Source: an uncultured Nitrosopumilaceae archaeon
Lineage (GTDB): Archaea; Thermoproteota; Nitrososphaeria; Nitrososphaerales; Nitrosopumilaceae
Reading direction: 5' to 3'
DNA length: 63,001 nt
Assembly: GCA_937897875.1 (NCBI GenBank)
Contig: CALCPD010000008.1
Coordinates: 1-63,001, forward strand
Numbering within the stretch: the stretch's first letter is position 1; every line of letters begins with the position of its first letter. Of this stretch, positions 29,276-40,721 are shown piece after piece. The notes beneath the pieces were generated by a model. It was not told where the DNA came from and made no database searches. It was given only the letters and a program-made list of their open reading frames with translations. Position numbers and translations under genes: made by a program.

Positions 29276-30433
29276 ATGCAGACAGACTCTCAAGAGATAC
29301 GACGATCAATTTTATCAAAATGGAATGAATCATTATCAAAATACGGAAATTTATTTTCATCAGATTCTATAAGTGGAACAAGTCCACCATCAGTATTTGT
29401 TGGATCATATAATTATCCAAAAGTTTTTGTCGGTCCAATGGTTCCCCCAGTTCACGGAAATACAGAACTATTGGACAACCCAGAAAAATGGAAAGGAAAA
29501 ACACTAGAAGAAATAATTAATTTTCGTTTAAAATTAGTTAGAGGAATTCAACAGATGCCAATAGAGCAAACAGAAGGAAGGTACATTGAGAATTTGCAAG
29601 AAGTTACAATGTCATCAAAACCAACAGATTTAGATTTAATATTTAATAAAAAAATATCATCAAATGTGTCCATAGATGGAGAAAGTGCACCTTTTGGTCC
29701 AATTGGAGAAATAAAATCGGCAAAATTTTCAGGAAGTACATCCACCAAACCAATTGAAAAAATATTTTATGATAAAGATATGAAAGCACAAGATGCAGTT
29801 TTAAAATTATATAATTCAGGAATTGAAATTTCAAAAATACAGAAATGTTTCAGTATTGGAATGATGGGCCAAAAAAGGAAATTAGTCCCAACAAAGTGGA
29901 GTATTACTGCAACAGATGATATCATATCAAAATCAATTGTTAATGAAATTTTGGAAAATAATTTAATTGATATATCTAAAGTTTTTACATATGAACATCT
30001 AGGGAATATTTTTTCAGTGATTTTGTTCCCACATAGATGGATTTTTGAGATGGTTGAAGCATGGTATTCAAATGGTATTTTGGGATTTGGTTCAGATAAC
30101 GAGAATGTACGAGGAATAGCCCATCCACCACAAATTGCAGGGGCATACTTTGCTGCAAAATTAGCTGTATCAGAATACCTTTTAAAAAATAAAATTCAAG
30201 CAGGAGTCTTAATTTTTAGGGAAATTAGACCAGAGTATGCTATACCAGTAGGAGTATGGCAAGTACGTGAAGGAATAAGAGAGGCAATGAAGCAAAAACC
30301 ACAAAATATTACAAAATTTAATGATGCACTAGAAATTGCAGCAGCAAAAACCAGTGTTAGTAAAAATGAATGGATTAAAAATGGTAAAATTATAGATATG
30401 ATTAGACAAAAAACACTCTTAGATTATTTTTAA
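29276..30433 (+). CDS. nreA: Nre family DNA repair protein
   Basis: SPPSVFVG..YPKV, LVPTKWSITATD, GAYFAAKL, PVGVWQVRE; C-terminal PIP QKTLLDYF. Confidence 0.9.
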   Translation: MQTDSQEIRRSILSKWNESLSKYGNLFSSDSISGTSPPSVFVGSYNYPKVFVGPMVPPVHGNTELLDNPEKWKGKTLEEIINFRLKLVRGIQQMPIEQTEGRYIENLQEVTMSSKPTDLDLIFNKKISSNVSIDGESAPFGPIGEIKSAKFSGSTSTKPIEKIFYDKDMKAQDAVLKLYNSGIEISKIQKCFSIGMMGQKRKLVPTKWSITATDDIISKSIVNEILENNLIDISKVFTYEHLGNIFSVILFPHRWIFEMVEAWYSNGILGFGSDNENVRGIAHPPQIAGAYFAAKLAVSEYLLKNKIQAGVLIFREIRPEYAIPVGVWQVREGIREAMKQKPQNITKFNDALEIAAAKTSVSKNEWIKNGKIIDMIRQKTLLDYF

Positions 30434-30473
30434 AATTAATTTATAATTATTTTATTTTTATCAAAATATCATA

Positions 30474-30555
30474 CGCCGGGAAAGGGATTCGAACCCCTGC
30501 ACGCTTTCACGTAGCTGTTTTCGAGACAGCCGCCTTACCACTTGGCTACCCCGGC
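30474..30555 (-). tRNA. tRNA-Ser (anticodon CGA)
   Basis: Reverse complement GCCGGGG...GCTGT CT CGA AA ACAGC, long variable arm, GGTTCGAATCC, TCCCGGCG. Confidence 0.93.
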
Positions 30556-30598
30556 AATAAATCTAGAATAATCTTCATAATAAAACAAATGGATAAAG

Positions 30599-30868
30599 CT
30601 ACAATTTATGATCAATATCAAAAAGTTCATTTTGAAATCTCTTTTTAATTTGATTTTTTGTTTTATTCCATTCATCATCAGTTACTGTATCAGTAAAAAT
30701 AGAATGAAATTCAGAAAAAGTAGTGAAGTTTAACAGAGAACTAAAACTTTGACGTTCAAATTCAGATAAGGGGAAATAAGAAATAATCTTAAAAATAGAG
30801 GCATCAGAATTAAATTTAATTTCAAAAATTTTATCTTCGATCTCAGAAGGGATATTGAGTTTTTTCAA
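30599..30868 (-). CDS. Hypothetical protein
   Basis: 89-aa ORF divergent from fen. Confidence 0.6.
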   Translation of the reverse strand: MKKLNIPSEIEDKIFEIKFNSDASIFKIISYFPLSEFERQSFSSLLNFTTFSEFHSIFTDTVTDDEWNKTKNQIKKRFQNELFDIDHKL

Positions 30869-30971
30869 GATAAATTATGTAAAAACTAAACATATTAAAT
30901 TAATTCTTAATAGAAAAATAGATCCATTTTAAAAGATAAAGACAAAATACCACAAAATATTCAACTAACTA

Positions 30972-31994
30972 ATGGGATTAAACCTAAAAGAATTAGTTGT
31001 AAGAGAGAAAACAACTCTGGAAGCATTTTCAAACAAAGTAGTCGCAATTGACGCATATAATGCAATTTATCAATTTCTAGCAAGTATCAGAGGTCCAGAT
31101 GGATTACAATTAACAGATGGAGAAGGACGAATTACAAGTCACCTCAGCGGATTACTTTATAGAAACGTAAATTTTCTATCATTAGGCATTCAACCAGTTT
31201 ACGTATTTGATGGAAAGCCACCATCACTCAAAACAGCTGAAATTGAGCGCAGAAAACAGATTAAAAAAGATGCAACAGTAAAATATGAAAAAGCAATTTC
31301 TGAAGGAAATATGCAAGATGCAAGAAAATATGCACAACAAACTACCAGTATGAAAGATGGAATGGTAAAAGAATCAAAAGAATTTTTAACATTTTTTGGA
31401 ATACCATATATCGAAGCACCATCAGAAGGAGAAGCTACTGCAGCACATCTAACAAACACAGGACAAGCATATGCATCTGCAAGTCAAGATTATGATTCAA
31501 TTCTATGTGGAGCAAAAAAGCTAGTAAGAAATTTTACAAGTAGCGGAAGAAGAAAAATTCCAAACAGGAATACATACATCGATGTTCTTCCAGAAATAAT
31601 TGAAACACAAAAAACACTTGATTCAATTCAAATGACTAGAGAAGAATTAATTGATGCAGGAATTTTAATTGGTACAGATTTTAATCCAAATGGATTTGAG
31701 AGAATAGGTCCAAAAACTGCAATGAAATTAATCAAACAACACAAAAGATTAGAAGACATCCCACAAATTCAAGAACAGTTAGGAGAGATAGAGTATGAAA
31801 AAATTAGACAGATATTTCTAAATCCAGATGTGGCAGATGTGGATGAAATCATATTCAAAGAAGTGGATTATGATGGAATTTTGAATTATTTAGTCAAAGA
31901 AAGGAGTTTTTCAGAGGACAGAATACAATCAACCCTAAATAGATTAAAAAAGGCACTTGAGAAAAAAAGTCAAAATTTAGATCAATGGTTTTAA
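30972..31994 (+). CDS. fen: Flap endonuclease 1
   Basis: AIDAYN.IYQFL, VFDGKPP, APSEGEA, SQDYD, GTDFN..G...IGPKTA. Confidence 0.97.
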   Translation: MGLNLKELVVREKTTLEAFSNKVVAIDAYNAIYQFLASIRGPDGLQLTDGEGRITSHLSGLLYRNVNFLSLGIQPVYVFDGKPPSLKTAEIERRKQIKKDATVKYEKAISEGNMQDARKYAQQTTSMKDGMVKESKEFLTFFGIPYIEAPSEGEATAAHLTNTGQAYASASQDYDSILCGAKKLVRNFTSSGRRKIPNRNTYIDVLPEIIETQKTLDSIQMTREELIDAGILIGTDFNPNGFERIGPKTAMKLIKQHKRLEDIPQIQEQLGEIEYEKIRQIFLNPDVADVDEIIFKEVDYDGILNYLVKERSFSEDRIQSTLNRLKKALEKKSQNLDQWF

Positions 31995-32034
31995 AAATAT
32001 TTCAATTTAATAACTAGTTAGTTTAATTTTAGAA

Positions 32035-32562
32035 ATGCCTCAAACTGAAGCAAGAAAAATACTAAAAGATGCACCAATTATGTGGAGACGAATCAACTCC
32101 ATAGGCATAATTTTGGACTGTAATTCAACATATGCATCAAATTTAGGATATGCAAAGTCAGAGATATTAGGAAAGCCCATTTTTGAACATGTCCCAAAAG
32201 AATCATGGGAAACAATGAATGATTCTTTAAAAATATGGTTTGAGACAGGAAAAGTTACGGATAGAAAAATCATATTTATCAGAGAAGATAAAAGTACATT
32301 TTCGGTATTATTGCAAGCAACTAGTCTGTATGATGAAAATAAAAATTTGATTGGAAGTAATACAGTAATTTTTAATTTATCACAAATGAGTGATGAAAAT
32401 ATAGAAAAATACGAAGAATTTTTTAATGAATCAAATCAGAAATTAGATGAAATTAAAAAAGAGGGATATGACAAACTTGACAAAAATTCAAAATCAGAAT
32501 ATGACGGATTAAAAGAAATGTTTCAAATGTTATCAGAAATAGATTTAAAACAATTAAAATAA
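32035..32562 (+). CDS. Stand-alone PAS-domain protein
   Basis: ILDCN......LGY.KSEILGK...REDKS.F.V.....LYDENKNLIG. Confidence 0.8.
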   Translation: MPQTEARKILKDAPIMWRRINSIGIILDCNSTYASNLGYAKSEILGKPIFEHVPKESWETMNDSLKIWFETGKVTDRKIIFIREDKSTFSVLLQATSLYDENKNLIGSNTVIFNLSQMSDENIEKYEEFFNESNQKLDEIKKEGYDKLDKNSKSEYDGLKEMFQMLSEIDLKQLK

Positions 32563-32563
32563 A

Positions 32564-34465
32564 TTATTTAGTTTTTTCTTTAACAATATTTTGAATTTCA
32601 GTTACAGCAGAAACATCATCTAATGTACTAGTATCTCCAATTGTTTCACCATTAGCAATAGATTTTAGTAATCGCCGCATAATTTTTCCACTACGAGTTT
32701 TTGGTAATTTTGAAACAAAGTAGATTTGTTTGGGAGTAGCAATAGCCCCAACATCATTTCTAATTTTATTATAAAGATTTTTTTCTAGAATACTTTTATC
32801 AATTGTAACTCCATTTTTTAAAACAACATACGCTATGATGACCTCACCTTTAACATCATCAGGAATTCCACATACAGCAGATTCTGCAACATAATCATCA
32901 GATACAATACAACTCTCAAGTTCAGCAGTTCCAATTCTGTGACCTGCAATCTTTAAAACATCATCAGCACGTCCAAGTAGCCACAAATAGCCATCATCAT
33001 CTTTTAAAGCATAATCACCAGGATAATACGAATTAGGATATTTTGACCAGTAGACAGATTTGTATTTCTCATCATCACCCCATAAAGTCAAAAGCATTCC
33101 AGGCCAAGGGTTTCGTATAATCAAATAGCCCTTTGTATTAGGAGGAACTTCGGTTCCAAATTCATCAACTACTGTAATATCAGTACCAGGGATAGGCAAA
33201 GTTCCAGAGCCAGGCTTCAAAGGAATGGTTTCCACTCCAGGTAAAGCAGATATCATCATACCACCAGTTTCTGTTTGCCACCAAGTATCAATAATAGGGC
33301 ATTTCTCTTTTCCAATAATTTTGTAATACCATTTCCAGACTTCAGGATTAATTGGCTCCCCAACAGTTCCAAGTAAACGTAAAGAAGAAAGATCAAATGA
33401 GTTTGGAACATCATCACCAAATTTCATAAACATTCGAAGTGCAGTTGGAGTAGTGTAGAAGATAGTAGTTTTGTATTTTTGTAAGATATCCCACATTCTT
33501 GATACATCAGGAAAATCAGGTGCACCCTCATACATTATCTGAGTTGCACCATGAAGTAGTGGAGCATAAACTACATAGCTATGTCCAGTCACCCAACCAA
33601 TATCAGCAGTACAAAAAAATATATCTGAATCTTTAATGTCAAATGCCCATTTGAAAGTGGAATAAAGATGTGTCAGATATCCACCTGTTCCATGTAAAAC
33701 ACCCTTAGGCTTTCCAGTAGTTCCAGAAGTGTATAAAATGTAAAGAGGATGATCACTAGGTAATTTTTCAGCATTACAAGAATCTGAAATACTTTCCATC
33801 AAATCTGTCCATAGTTTGTCTTTAGAGGATAAAGAAATTTGATTTTTTGTTCTTTCTAAAACTATCACATGTTTTACAAATTCAAAACCCTTAATCGCAT
33901 CATCAATTACTTCTTTTAATTTAACAATTTTTCCTCTCCTATAACCACCATCAGCTGTAATCACAATTTTAGATTTGGAATCATCAATTCTGTCTTTGAT
34001 GGATGCAGCACTAAATCCAGAAAATATAACAGTATGAACAGCACCAATTCTTGCACATGCAAGCATTGCAATTGGTAATTCAGGAACCATCGGAAGATAA
34101 ATTGTAACTCGATCTCCCTGTTTTACTCCAAGTGATTTTAAGACATTAGCAAATTTTTGGACTTCAACGAATAAATCACCATAAGTGTATGTTTTAGAAT
34201 CACCATTTTCACCTTCCCATAAAATAGCAGGTTTTTGAGATTTTGTTGTCTGATGAATATCAAGGGCATTGTATGAAGCGTTGATTTTACCGCCTACAAA
34301 CCATTTAGCAAAAGGAGGATTCCAATCAAGAGTCTTCTCCCAAGGACTAAACCAACTTAAATTATGAGCCTGTTCATCCCAAAAAGAAACATAGTCAGAA
34401 TCAGCTTTTTTACGTATAGTGGCATCATTGTTGCCTAATCCAACACCATATTTTTCAGACATCAA
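32564..34465 (-). CDS. acs: Acetyl-CoA synthetase (acetate-CoA ligase)
   Basis: [40 protein letters not shown]. Confidence 0.93.
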   Translation of the reverse strand: MMSEKYGVGLGNNDATIRKKADSDYVSFWDEQAHNLSWFSPWEKTLDWNPPFAKWFVGGKINASYNALDIHQTTKSQKPAILWEGENGDSKTYTYGDLFVEVQKFANVLKSLGVKQGDRVTIYLPMVPELPIAMLACARIGAVHTVIFSGFSAASIKDRIDDSKSKIVITADGGYRRGKIVKLKEVIDDAIKGFEFVKHVIVLERTKNQISLSSKDKLWTDLMESISDSCNAEKLPSDHPLYILYTSGTTGKPKGVLHGTGGYLTHLYSTFKWAFDIKDSDIFFCTADIGWVTGHSYVVYAPLLHGATQIMYEGAPDFPDVSRMWDILQKYKTTIFYTTPTALRMFMKFGDDVPNSFDLSSLRLLGTVGEPINPEVWKWYYKIIGKEKCPIIDTWWQTETGGMMISALPGVETIPLKPGSGTLPIPGTDITVVDEFGTEVPPNTKGYLIIRNPWPGMLLTLWGDDEKYKSVYWSKYPNSYYPGDYALKDDDGYLWLLGRADDVLKIAGHRIGTAELESCIVSDDYVAESAVCGIPDDVKGEVIIAYVVLKNGVTIDKSILEKNLYNKIRNDVGAIATPKQIYFVSKLPKTRSGKIMRRLLKSIANGETIGDTSTLDDVSAVTEIQNIVKEKTK

Positions 34466-34517
34466 AAAGTGTATGAAGTTAGATCTTTCTAAATGTTAAA
34501 AAAATAAATTAAAAAAA

Positions 34518-35396
34518 TTATTGTGCTTCCATTCTAGCAAGCCAATCATTATCGTTGTCGTCATTAGATGTTTCTGATTTCACCTGTTGTGGTGGTTCTG
34601 GGAATGCAAATGTCACTTCAGATTCAGTTGGGGGCTCTGGCATATTATGTGCTTGAGCTTCAATTGCTTCTGAAGGTATTACGATTGGTTCTGTTGGTGC
34701 TTCTGGAAGTATTGTTTGAACTACTTGTTGTTGTTCAGGTGTCTCCAGATATGAAACGGCAGATTCTTGAATTTTTGCTTCTGCGGGTGTAGTTATCTCT
34801 TGCACTTCCAATTCTAAATCAGCAATTCTACTCTTTACATTTGAAATTTCAGATTGTTCGTGTGTTACATGCTCAATTACCTCAGTTGTGCATGATTTCA
34901 CAGTTTCAAATGTTGCCTCAGAGATTTCATTACTTTTGAATTGTACTTTGGCATCAAACGATAACATTTTTGCAGATTTCATTTGTGTATCTAACTCAAT
35001 TAATCTTCCTTCAAGCTTAGATTTGATTTCAGATTCCATCTCATCTAAAGATGCAAGTTTGAATTTGTATTTTTCATGAATGATTTCAGCGTCTGCTTTC
35101 ATATCATCATTTTCTGAAACAATATCCATCATTGCTTTTAGACGACGTAGAGTTAGTTGTTTTTCACGAATGAGTCTTTGAGAGTCGAGTCTCCATTTGG
35201 GAATGAAGATTACAGATTCACCTTGGACTACTAGTTGCTCAAATTGGATTTGCTGTAATCCTTGAGAACCGCAATCAATACCAACGGATTGTATACTTCC
35301 ATCAATTTCAGTGATTGTTCCTACGACTTTACCCATGAATGTTCCGTACATGTCTTTGACGTTTTTACCGATTATTTCGATATCGTCGTTTGTCAT
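34518..35396 (-). CDS. cdvA: Cell division protein CdvA
   Basis: N-terminal PRC barrel (IGKNVKDMYG), coiled coil, acidic Pro-rich tail; likely ATG at 35396. Confidence 0.85.
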   Translation of the reverse strand: MTNDDIEIIGKNVKDMYGTFMGKVVGTITEIDGSIQSVGIDCGSQGLQQIQFEQLVVQGESVIFIPKWRLDSQRLIREKQLTLRRLKAMMDIVSENDDMKADAEIIHEKYKFKLASLDEMESEIKSKLEGRLIELDTQMKSAKMLSFDAKVQFKSNEISEATFETVKSCTTEVIEHVTHEQSEISNVKSRIADLELEVQEITTPAEAKIQESAVSYLETPEQQQVVQTILPEAPTEPIVIPSEAIEAQAHNMPEPPTESEVTFAFPEPPQQVKSETSNDDNDNDWLARMEAQ

Positions 35397-35529
35397 GGTA
35401 ATGACTAATGAGATTTGTATAACCGACAAAGTGTAAGAAATGTTTTTAGTTTTAGTAAGATTAAATTCACAAAGTTTCAATCCTGGGCTCAAGAGTAATT
35501 TTAAAATTTAGAGTTTTTTCATTAAAATC

Positions 35530-35823
35530 ATGATTCAAAAAGAAGAACTCAGTCAAATTCTAAATTTTGTGGCAAGTAGATGGGATGCAACTGTAAAAGA
35601 ACCAGAAAATAAAGCAATGGAAGGATTACCAAATGACTTTTGGATGAATTCAATTGGCGGCAAAACAGCTAAAGGAGGATTTTGGGTTACGACAATTATG
35701 TATACAGAAAACGAAGCTGATGCTGCAGGATTCAAAGAAGTATTGCTAAGATGGCAAGCAAAAGGAAATGACAAAAATAAAGATAAAGGACCCGATCTAA
35801 TTCAGATTGGAAAAAAGAAATAG
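35530..35823 (+). CDS. Hypothetical protein
   Basis: 97-aa ORF. Confidence 0.65.
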   Translation: MIQKEELSQILNFVASRWDATVKEPENKAMEGLPNDFWMNSIGGKTAKGGFWVTTIMYTENEADAAGFKEVLLRWQAKGNDKNKDKGPDLIQIGKKK

Positions 35824-35854
35824 AGTATTATAATTGTGAAATAAATTATTCATA

Positions 35855-37474
35855 TTGTCAGAATTTTCAAGTAAAGAAAAAAAGACTTTATCAGATCATT
35901 TTTCAAATACTGAAGATAATGTATTTGCAATTATTACTCCAAGACAAGTAGATCGCGGAGCATTGATGTCAAGATATAGTAGAACCGATAAAAGTATGAG
36001 AAGAATTTTTCTAGATGAATTTTTAAAAAATAAAAACAGAGGAGAGGAATTTTACGACAGAGTTCTACTAGAATACGGAGACGATTCAGTTGCAGAATTA
36101 GGTGAAGCGCAAATTGCAATCGAGGGGTTATCAAATATTGCAGTAAAAAAAATAGAAGATAGAAGAATAGGATTATCATATTTAGAAAAATCTTCAAGAT
36201 ATGTTACATGGAATAAAAAAGAAAATGGAAAGTATCGGTTTTATAGAGATGAAAAAATCATGAGTTCAAAATTTGCAAACATGTATGAAGATAGTTGTAA
36301 TCTTTCATTTGATATTTATTCCAAAAATATTGAACCAATGGTAAATTACATTAGAGAAAAATATCCAATTGAAAAATATAGTTTCAAAGATTCAACAGAT
36401 GGAAAAGAAAAACTATTTGACAAATTAAAAAATGAAATTGATATTAAATCTGCAAATATGATTTACAAGGGTTCAACTAAAGCAAAAGCATTAGATATTC
36501 TACGAGGATTGCTGCCAGCCTCAACTTTAACAAATGTAGGCATTACAGGAAATGGTAGAGCATTTGAATACCTTTTGACAGTATTAGGCTCATCTGAACT
36601 AGATGAAGAGCAGAAATTAGCCTCAAAAATTAAAAATGAATTAGATACTACAATCAAATCATTTGTAAGAAGGGCAGATGATAAGTATGGAAAAGCATTT
36701 CAAAAATATCTCAAAGATGTAAAAAATAAAGCAAAAGTAGTAACAAAAAAAGAAATAGAATCGAATCCAGTTAAAGGTACAATTACAAAATTAACAGATT
36801 ATGAATCAGAAAAACAAGCACTTGACACAATCATCACATGCATAATGTATGAACAATCACCAAGTACATCATATCAAAACATAATGCAACAAGTTAAGAA
36901 AATACCAACTAAAAGAAAGATTGAGATCATTGATGAGTTTACAAAAATAAGAACAAATAGAAGGCATAGGCCATCCCGAGCATTTGAAAATACATACTAT
37001 ACATTTGATTTGTGCAATAATTTTGGAATGTTTAGGGATTTTCATAGACATAGAGCACTAACATTAGAAAGACAACTACTTACAACAGATCATGGATATG
37101 TACTACCTAAAGAAATAGAAACAGTAGGATTACAAAAAGATTTCAAAGAATGTATGAATAATTCAAAATTAACTTTTGAAAAAATTAGAAAAAAATTACC
37201 AGAGCAAAGTCAGTATGTTGTTAATTTTGCATATAATTATCCATATTTTATGAAATTAAATTTAAGGGAAGCATGTCATTTAATTGAATTACGAACAATA
37301 CCACAAGGGCATATTGATTATAGACGTGTCGCACAAGAAATGTATAAACAAATTAACAAAGTACATCCAAACATATCTAAGATTATGAAATTTGTTGATT
37401 TAAAAGAATATGATTTAGAAAGATTTGAATCTGAAAAAAGAACAGAAGAAAAAAGAAAAAAGATAAAAAAATAG
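35855..37474 (+). CDS. thyX: FAD-dependent thymidylate synthase (tandem ThyX domains)
   Basis: [31 protein letters not shown]. Confidence 0.88.
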   Translation: MSEFSSKEKKTLSDHFSNTEDNVFAIITPRQVDRGALMSRYSRTDKSMRRIFLDEFLKNKNRGEEFYDRVLLEYGDDSVAELGEAQIAIEGLSNIAVKKIEDRRIGLSYLEKSSRYVTWNKKENGKYRFYRDEKIMSSKFANMYEDSCNLSFDIYSKNIEPMVNYIREKYPIEKYSFKDSTDGKEKLFDKLKNEIDIKSANMIYKGSTKAKALDILRGLLPASTLTNVGITGNGRAFEYLLTVLGSSELDEEQKLASKIKNELDTTIKSFVRRADDKYGKAFQKYLKDVKNKAKVVTKKEIESNPVKGTITKLTDYESEKQALDTIITCIMYEQSPSTSYQNIMQQVKKIPTKRKIEIIDEFTKIRTNRRHRPSRAFENTYYTFDLCNNFGMFRDFHRHRALTLERQLLTTDHGYVLPKEIETVGLQKDFKECMNNSKLTFEKIRKKLPEQSQYVVNFAYNYPYFMKLNLREACHLIELRTIPQGHIDYRRVAQEMYKQINKVHPNISKIMKFVDLKEYDLERFESEKRTEEKRKKIKK

Positions 37475-37510
37475 AACAATATTCTAATAGCAAGAAACTC
37501 ATGATAGATT

Positions 37511-37900
37511 ATGTCAGATAAAGATCCAAAAGAATGGAAGGAACAATTGACACCAGAGCAATACGAAGTTTGTATCAATCATGGAACAGAACCACCATTT
37601 TCAGGAAAATATAATGACAGTAAATTAGAAGGTTCATTCAAATGCATATGTTGTGGGGAAGAGTTATTCTCATCAAATTCAAAATTTGATTCAGGATCAG
37701 GCTGGCCAAGTTTTTGGGAACCAATATCAGAAGATAGCATAGAATATGTATCAGATACAGATTATGGAATGGTACGCACAGAAGTAAATTGTAAAAAATG
37801 TGGCTCACATTTAGGACATGTATTTGATGATGGACCAAAGCCTACAAATCAAAGATATTGCATTAATTCAGTTTCATTAAAACATGAAAATGACAAATAA
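37511..37900 (+). CDS. msrB: Peptide-methionine (R)-S-oxide reductase
   Basis: [33 protein letters not shown]. Confidence 0.97.
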   Translation: MSDKDPKEWKEQLTPEQYEVCINHGTEPPFSGKYNDSKLEGSFKCICCGEELFSSNSKFDSGSGWPSFWEPISEDSIEYVSDTDYGMVRTEVNCKKCGSHLGHVFDDGPKPTNQRYCINSVSLKHENDK

Positions 37901-38038
37901 TTGTAAGAAGAGGTGAAAGCCTTGTTTGTCATACAATAACGTAAAATTGAAAAATTATTAATAAAACACAATTAAGGATAAGAAATCAAAGGGAAATAAA
38001 ATGAATCATACACACATAATCAAAAAGGACGAAACAGC

Positions 38039-39049
38039 ATGAGGATCATATTATGTGGTTTTGGGGTTGTGGCCCAAAGTTTAGTTAAATTATTTGAATC
38101 AAGAGAAGATGAACTATATGCAAAGTATGGATTAAAGCCAAGATTACTAGCTGTGTTTGACAGCAAAGGTAGTGCAGTGGATCAATCAGGATTAAAACTA
38201 GACAAATTAATAGAAACAAAGGAAAAACATGGAACAGTAAAAAATTATTCAGATAAAAATAACAACATGACAGGTTCCGATATTTTAAAAAATATTGAAG
38301 CTGATGTTTTAATTGAAACTACAGCTAGTAATTATAAAGATGCAGAACCAGGAATGACACACATAACAACTGCAATGAAAAAAGGCCTACACGTAATTTC
38401 AGTAAATAAAGGTCCATTAGCATTAGCATTTCCATCATTAATGGAATTGGCAACATACAACCAAGTTATGTTCAAATTCAGCGGTACTGTTGGGGGAGGA
38501 ACACCAATTTTAGATTATGCCAAAAATAGTCTAAGTGGAGAAAAAATCACATCGTTTGCAGGAATACTCAATGGTACAACAAATTACATTTTATCAAATA
38601 TGACCACCGGCCTATCATTTGAAGAAGCATTAAAGGATGCAAAAGACAAAGGATATGTTGAAGCAGATGAAGCACTGGACTTAGACGGGTTAGATGCAGC
38701 TGCAAAATTAGTAATTCTTGCAAACTGGATTATGGGAATGAAAGTGACAATGCCAGACATAAAATGTGTAGGAATAAGAAAAGTGACAATTGAGGATATC
38801 AAAAAAGCTGAAAAAAATAATTCTGTTTTAAAATTAATTGCATCTTGTGATAAAGAACTAGTGGTAAGTCCAAAAGAAATACCAAAAGATGATCCATTAG
38901 GAGTCAATGGTACATTGAATGCAATTGCATTTACATCAGAACATTCTGGAACTCAAACAATTATCGGAAAAGGTGCAGGGGGAACTGAAACTGCAAGTTC
39001 AATCCTAAGAGATCTTTTAGACATAAGACAAGAGATTGCAAAGAATTGA
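38039..39049 (+). CDS. hom: Homoserine dehydrogenase
   Basis: GFGVV, NKGP, TVGGGTP, GILNGTTNYIL, DLDGLDAAAK, GAGG.ETAS. Confidence 0.95.
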   Translation: MRIILCGFGVVAQSLVKLFESREDELYAKYGLKPRLLAVFDSKGSAVDQSGLKLDKLIETKEKHGTVKNYSDKNNNMTGSDILKNIEADVLIETTASNYKDAEPGMTHITTAMKKGLHVISVNKGPLALAFPSLMELATYNQVMFKFSGTVGGGTPILDYAKNSLSGEKITSFAGILNGTTNYILSNMTTGLSFEEALKDAKDKGYVEADEALDLDGLDAAAKLVILANWIMGMKVTMPDIKCVGIRKVTIEDIKKAEKNNSVLKLIASCDKELVVSPKEIPKDDPLGVNGTLNAIAFTSEHSGTQTIIGKGAGGTETASSILRDLLDIRQEIAKN

Positions 39050-39522
39050 AATCTAATTTAATTTCAAAAAGTGAAACAACAACATTACTAAAAAAAGTGT
39101 CAGAACATTGGGGAATTGAATTTCCCAAAATGAAGAATGTTAAAGTACATCAAATTTTAGATGATGCTCAAATAATCACAGGTGAAGGATTAAAAATATT
39201 AAAAATTAATGAAGATTACCTACCATTTTTATCAGAAACAGAAATTCTAAAAAAATTTCCTAATGTCGAGGTAGATATGGGTGCAGTCAAATTCATGTGC
39301 AAGGGTGCCAATTTAATGAGACCTGGAATTAAGAAATTTACAGAATTTGAAAAAGAAAAACTAGTGTGTATTGTTGAAGAAACACATCATAAATTTCTAG
39401 CAGTGGGTAAAGCAATGGTATCAAGTATAGAATTAGAAACTATGGAAAAAGGCGAAGTAATACAAAATATGCACTATATTTCAGATAAATTCTGGGAAAC
39501 AGGTAAAACGATTTACGATTAA
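39046..39522 (+). CDS. PUA-domain RNA-binding protein
   Basis: VDMGAVKF..KGANLMRPGI...H.I.D. Confidence 0.88.
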   Translation: MKSNLISKSETTTLLKKVSEHWGIEFPKMKNVKVHQILDDAQIITGEGLKILKINEDYLPFLSETEILKKFPNVEVDMGAVKFMCKGANLMRPGIKKFTEFEKEKLVCIVEETHHKFLAVGKAMVSSIELETMEKGEVIQNMHYISDKFWETGKTIYD

Positions 39523-39530
39523 TTAAGAAA

Positions 39531-40127
39531 TTATTTAATACTTTCAGTAAATTCTTCTGTGCCATCTTTAGTAATGACAAGTACATCCAATCCATCACCA
39601 CTTGCAGAATCTCTAAGTGCGGCTGCACGAACTGCGTGTTTTGCTAAATTGATAGCTTCATCTTTTGTCATATTAGGTTTGAATTGTGGATCTAAAACAC
39701 CTAATGCCATTTCAGCACCAGTACCAACTGCAGCATATTCATCAGGAAGTACAGAACCTAAAGGATCAAGTGTATACATAACTGGTTTATCAACAACACC
39801 ACCAACAATTACTTGTGTAAGTAATGGGAAGTATCTTCTTTCATACATCATATTGGACATCATTTTAGCAACAGTGTTAGGAGGAACATCTCTTTTAATG
39901 TCCATTTTTCTAATTTTTGCAAGAGCTGAAATTTGTAAAGTTAAAATTTGCATATCAGCAACAAGACCAGCACAAGTTGCACCAACTTTATCAGTTATAG
40001 AGAAAGTCTTCTTAGTAGTTTTACTTACAAGGAAATTACCAAAGGCGATTCTTTTCTCACTAGCAAAAACTACACCACCATCAAAAGTAATTCCAACAGC
40101 AGTTGCTCCCGGCATGTACATTGACAT
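39531..40127 (-). CDS. psmB: Proteasome beta subunit
   Basis: GATAVG, GLVADMQ, DPLGS, GTGA, RDSASGDG; likely ATG at 40127. Confidence 0.93.
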   Translation of the reverse strand: MSMYMPGATAVGITFDGGVVFASEKRIAFGNFLVSKTTKKTFSITDKVGATCAGLVADMQILTLQISALAKIRKMDIKRDVPPNTVAKMMSNMMYERRYFPLLTQVIVGGVVDKPVMYTLDPLGSVLPDEYAAVGTGAEMALGVLDPQFKPNMTKDEAINLAKHAVRAAALRDSASGDGLDVLVITKDGTEEFTESIK

Positions 40128-40292
40128 ATTTAAAATAATTTTGTCACATAATAAAGGGCTTTCTACAATAGAGATCAAATTTGTGGCTAAAATTTAAAAA
40201 TAATGGATCAGAAAGATCATGAAATAACAAAATTGTGTAGTACAAAGGTAGAACAAACCATATCTTTTTTATGAGAATAATGAGAATTAAGA

Positions 40293-40721
40293 TTGGATAA
40301 ATTGGCCACCAGTGAAATTAAAGAAAAAATCTTGAATGATACAGTATTTCTCGGATTAAGATTAGTAATGGGAGTAATTTTCATCGTTCACGGATATAGT
40401 AAATTTGGTAATGAAGGGTTTGTAGGTTGGATATCATCAATGGGAATTCCAGGAGAATTAGCCATAATTATAGCATTAGCAGAAGTGATCCCAGGAATAT
40501 TACTAATCATAGGAGTATTGAATAGAATATCAGCATCAGTCATTTCTATAATTATGGTAGGAGCAATATTTCACGTTAAAGGCGCTCAAAGTATTACAGG
40601 AGACAAAGGAATTGAATTTGATTTAATTCTACTTGCAGTAGCATTAGTAATTATTGTAGCAGGTCCAGGAAGAATATCATTATCACAAGTAATTAAAAAA
40701 ATTCCCAGATGTCTTCATTAA
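40293..40721 (+). CDS. DoxX family membrane protein
   Basis: LRLVMG.IF..HG..K, E...G, GPGRISL. Confidence 0.9.
   Translation: MDKLATSEIKEKILNDTVFLGLRLVMGVIFIVHGYSKFGNEGFVGWISSMGIPGELAIIIALAEVIPGILLIIGVLNRISASVISIIMVGAIFHVKGAQSITGDKGIEFDLILLAVALVIIVAGPGRISLSQVIKKIPRCLH

Noticed and set aside
30474-30555. tRNA as an integration site for a mobile element
   Set aside because: No integrase and no duplicated tRNA 3' end seen; flanked by core repair genes
32035-32562. PAS protein as a LOV blue-light sensor belonging to the regulon
   Set aside because: Lacks the GxNCRFLQ LOV motif and has no box upstream
39559-40197. 212-aa + strand ORF
   Set aside because: Antisense shadow of the proteasome beta gene
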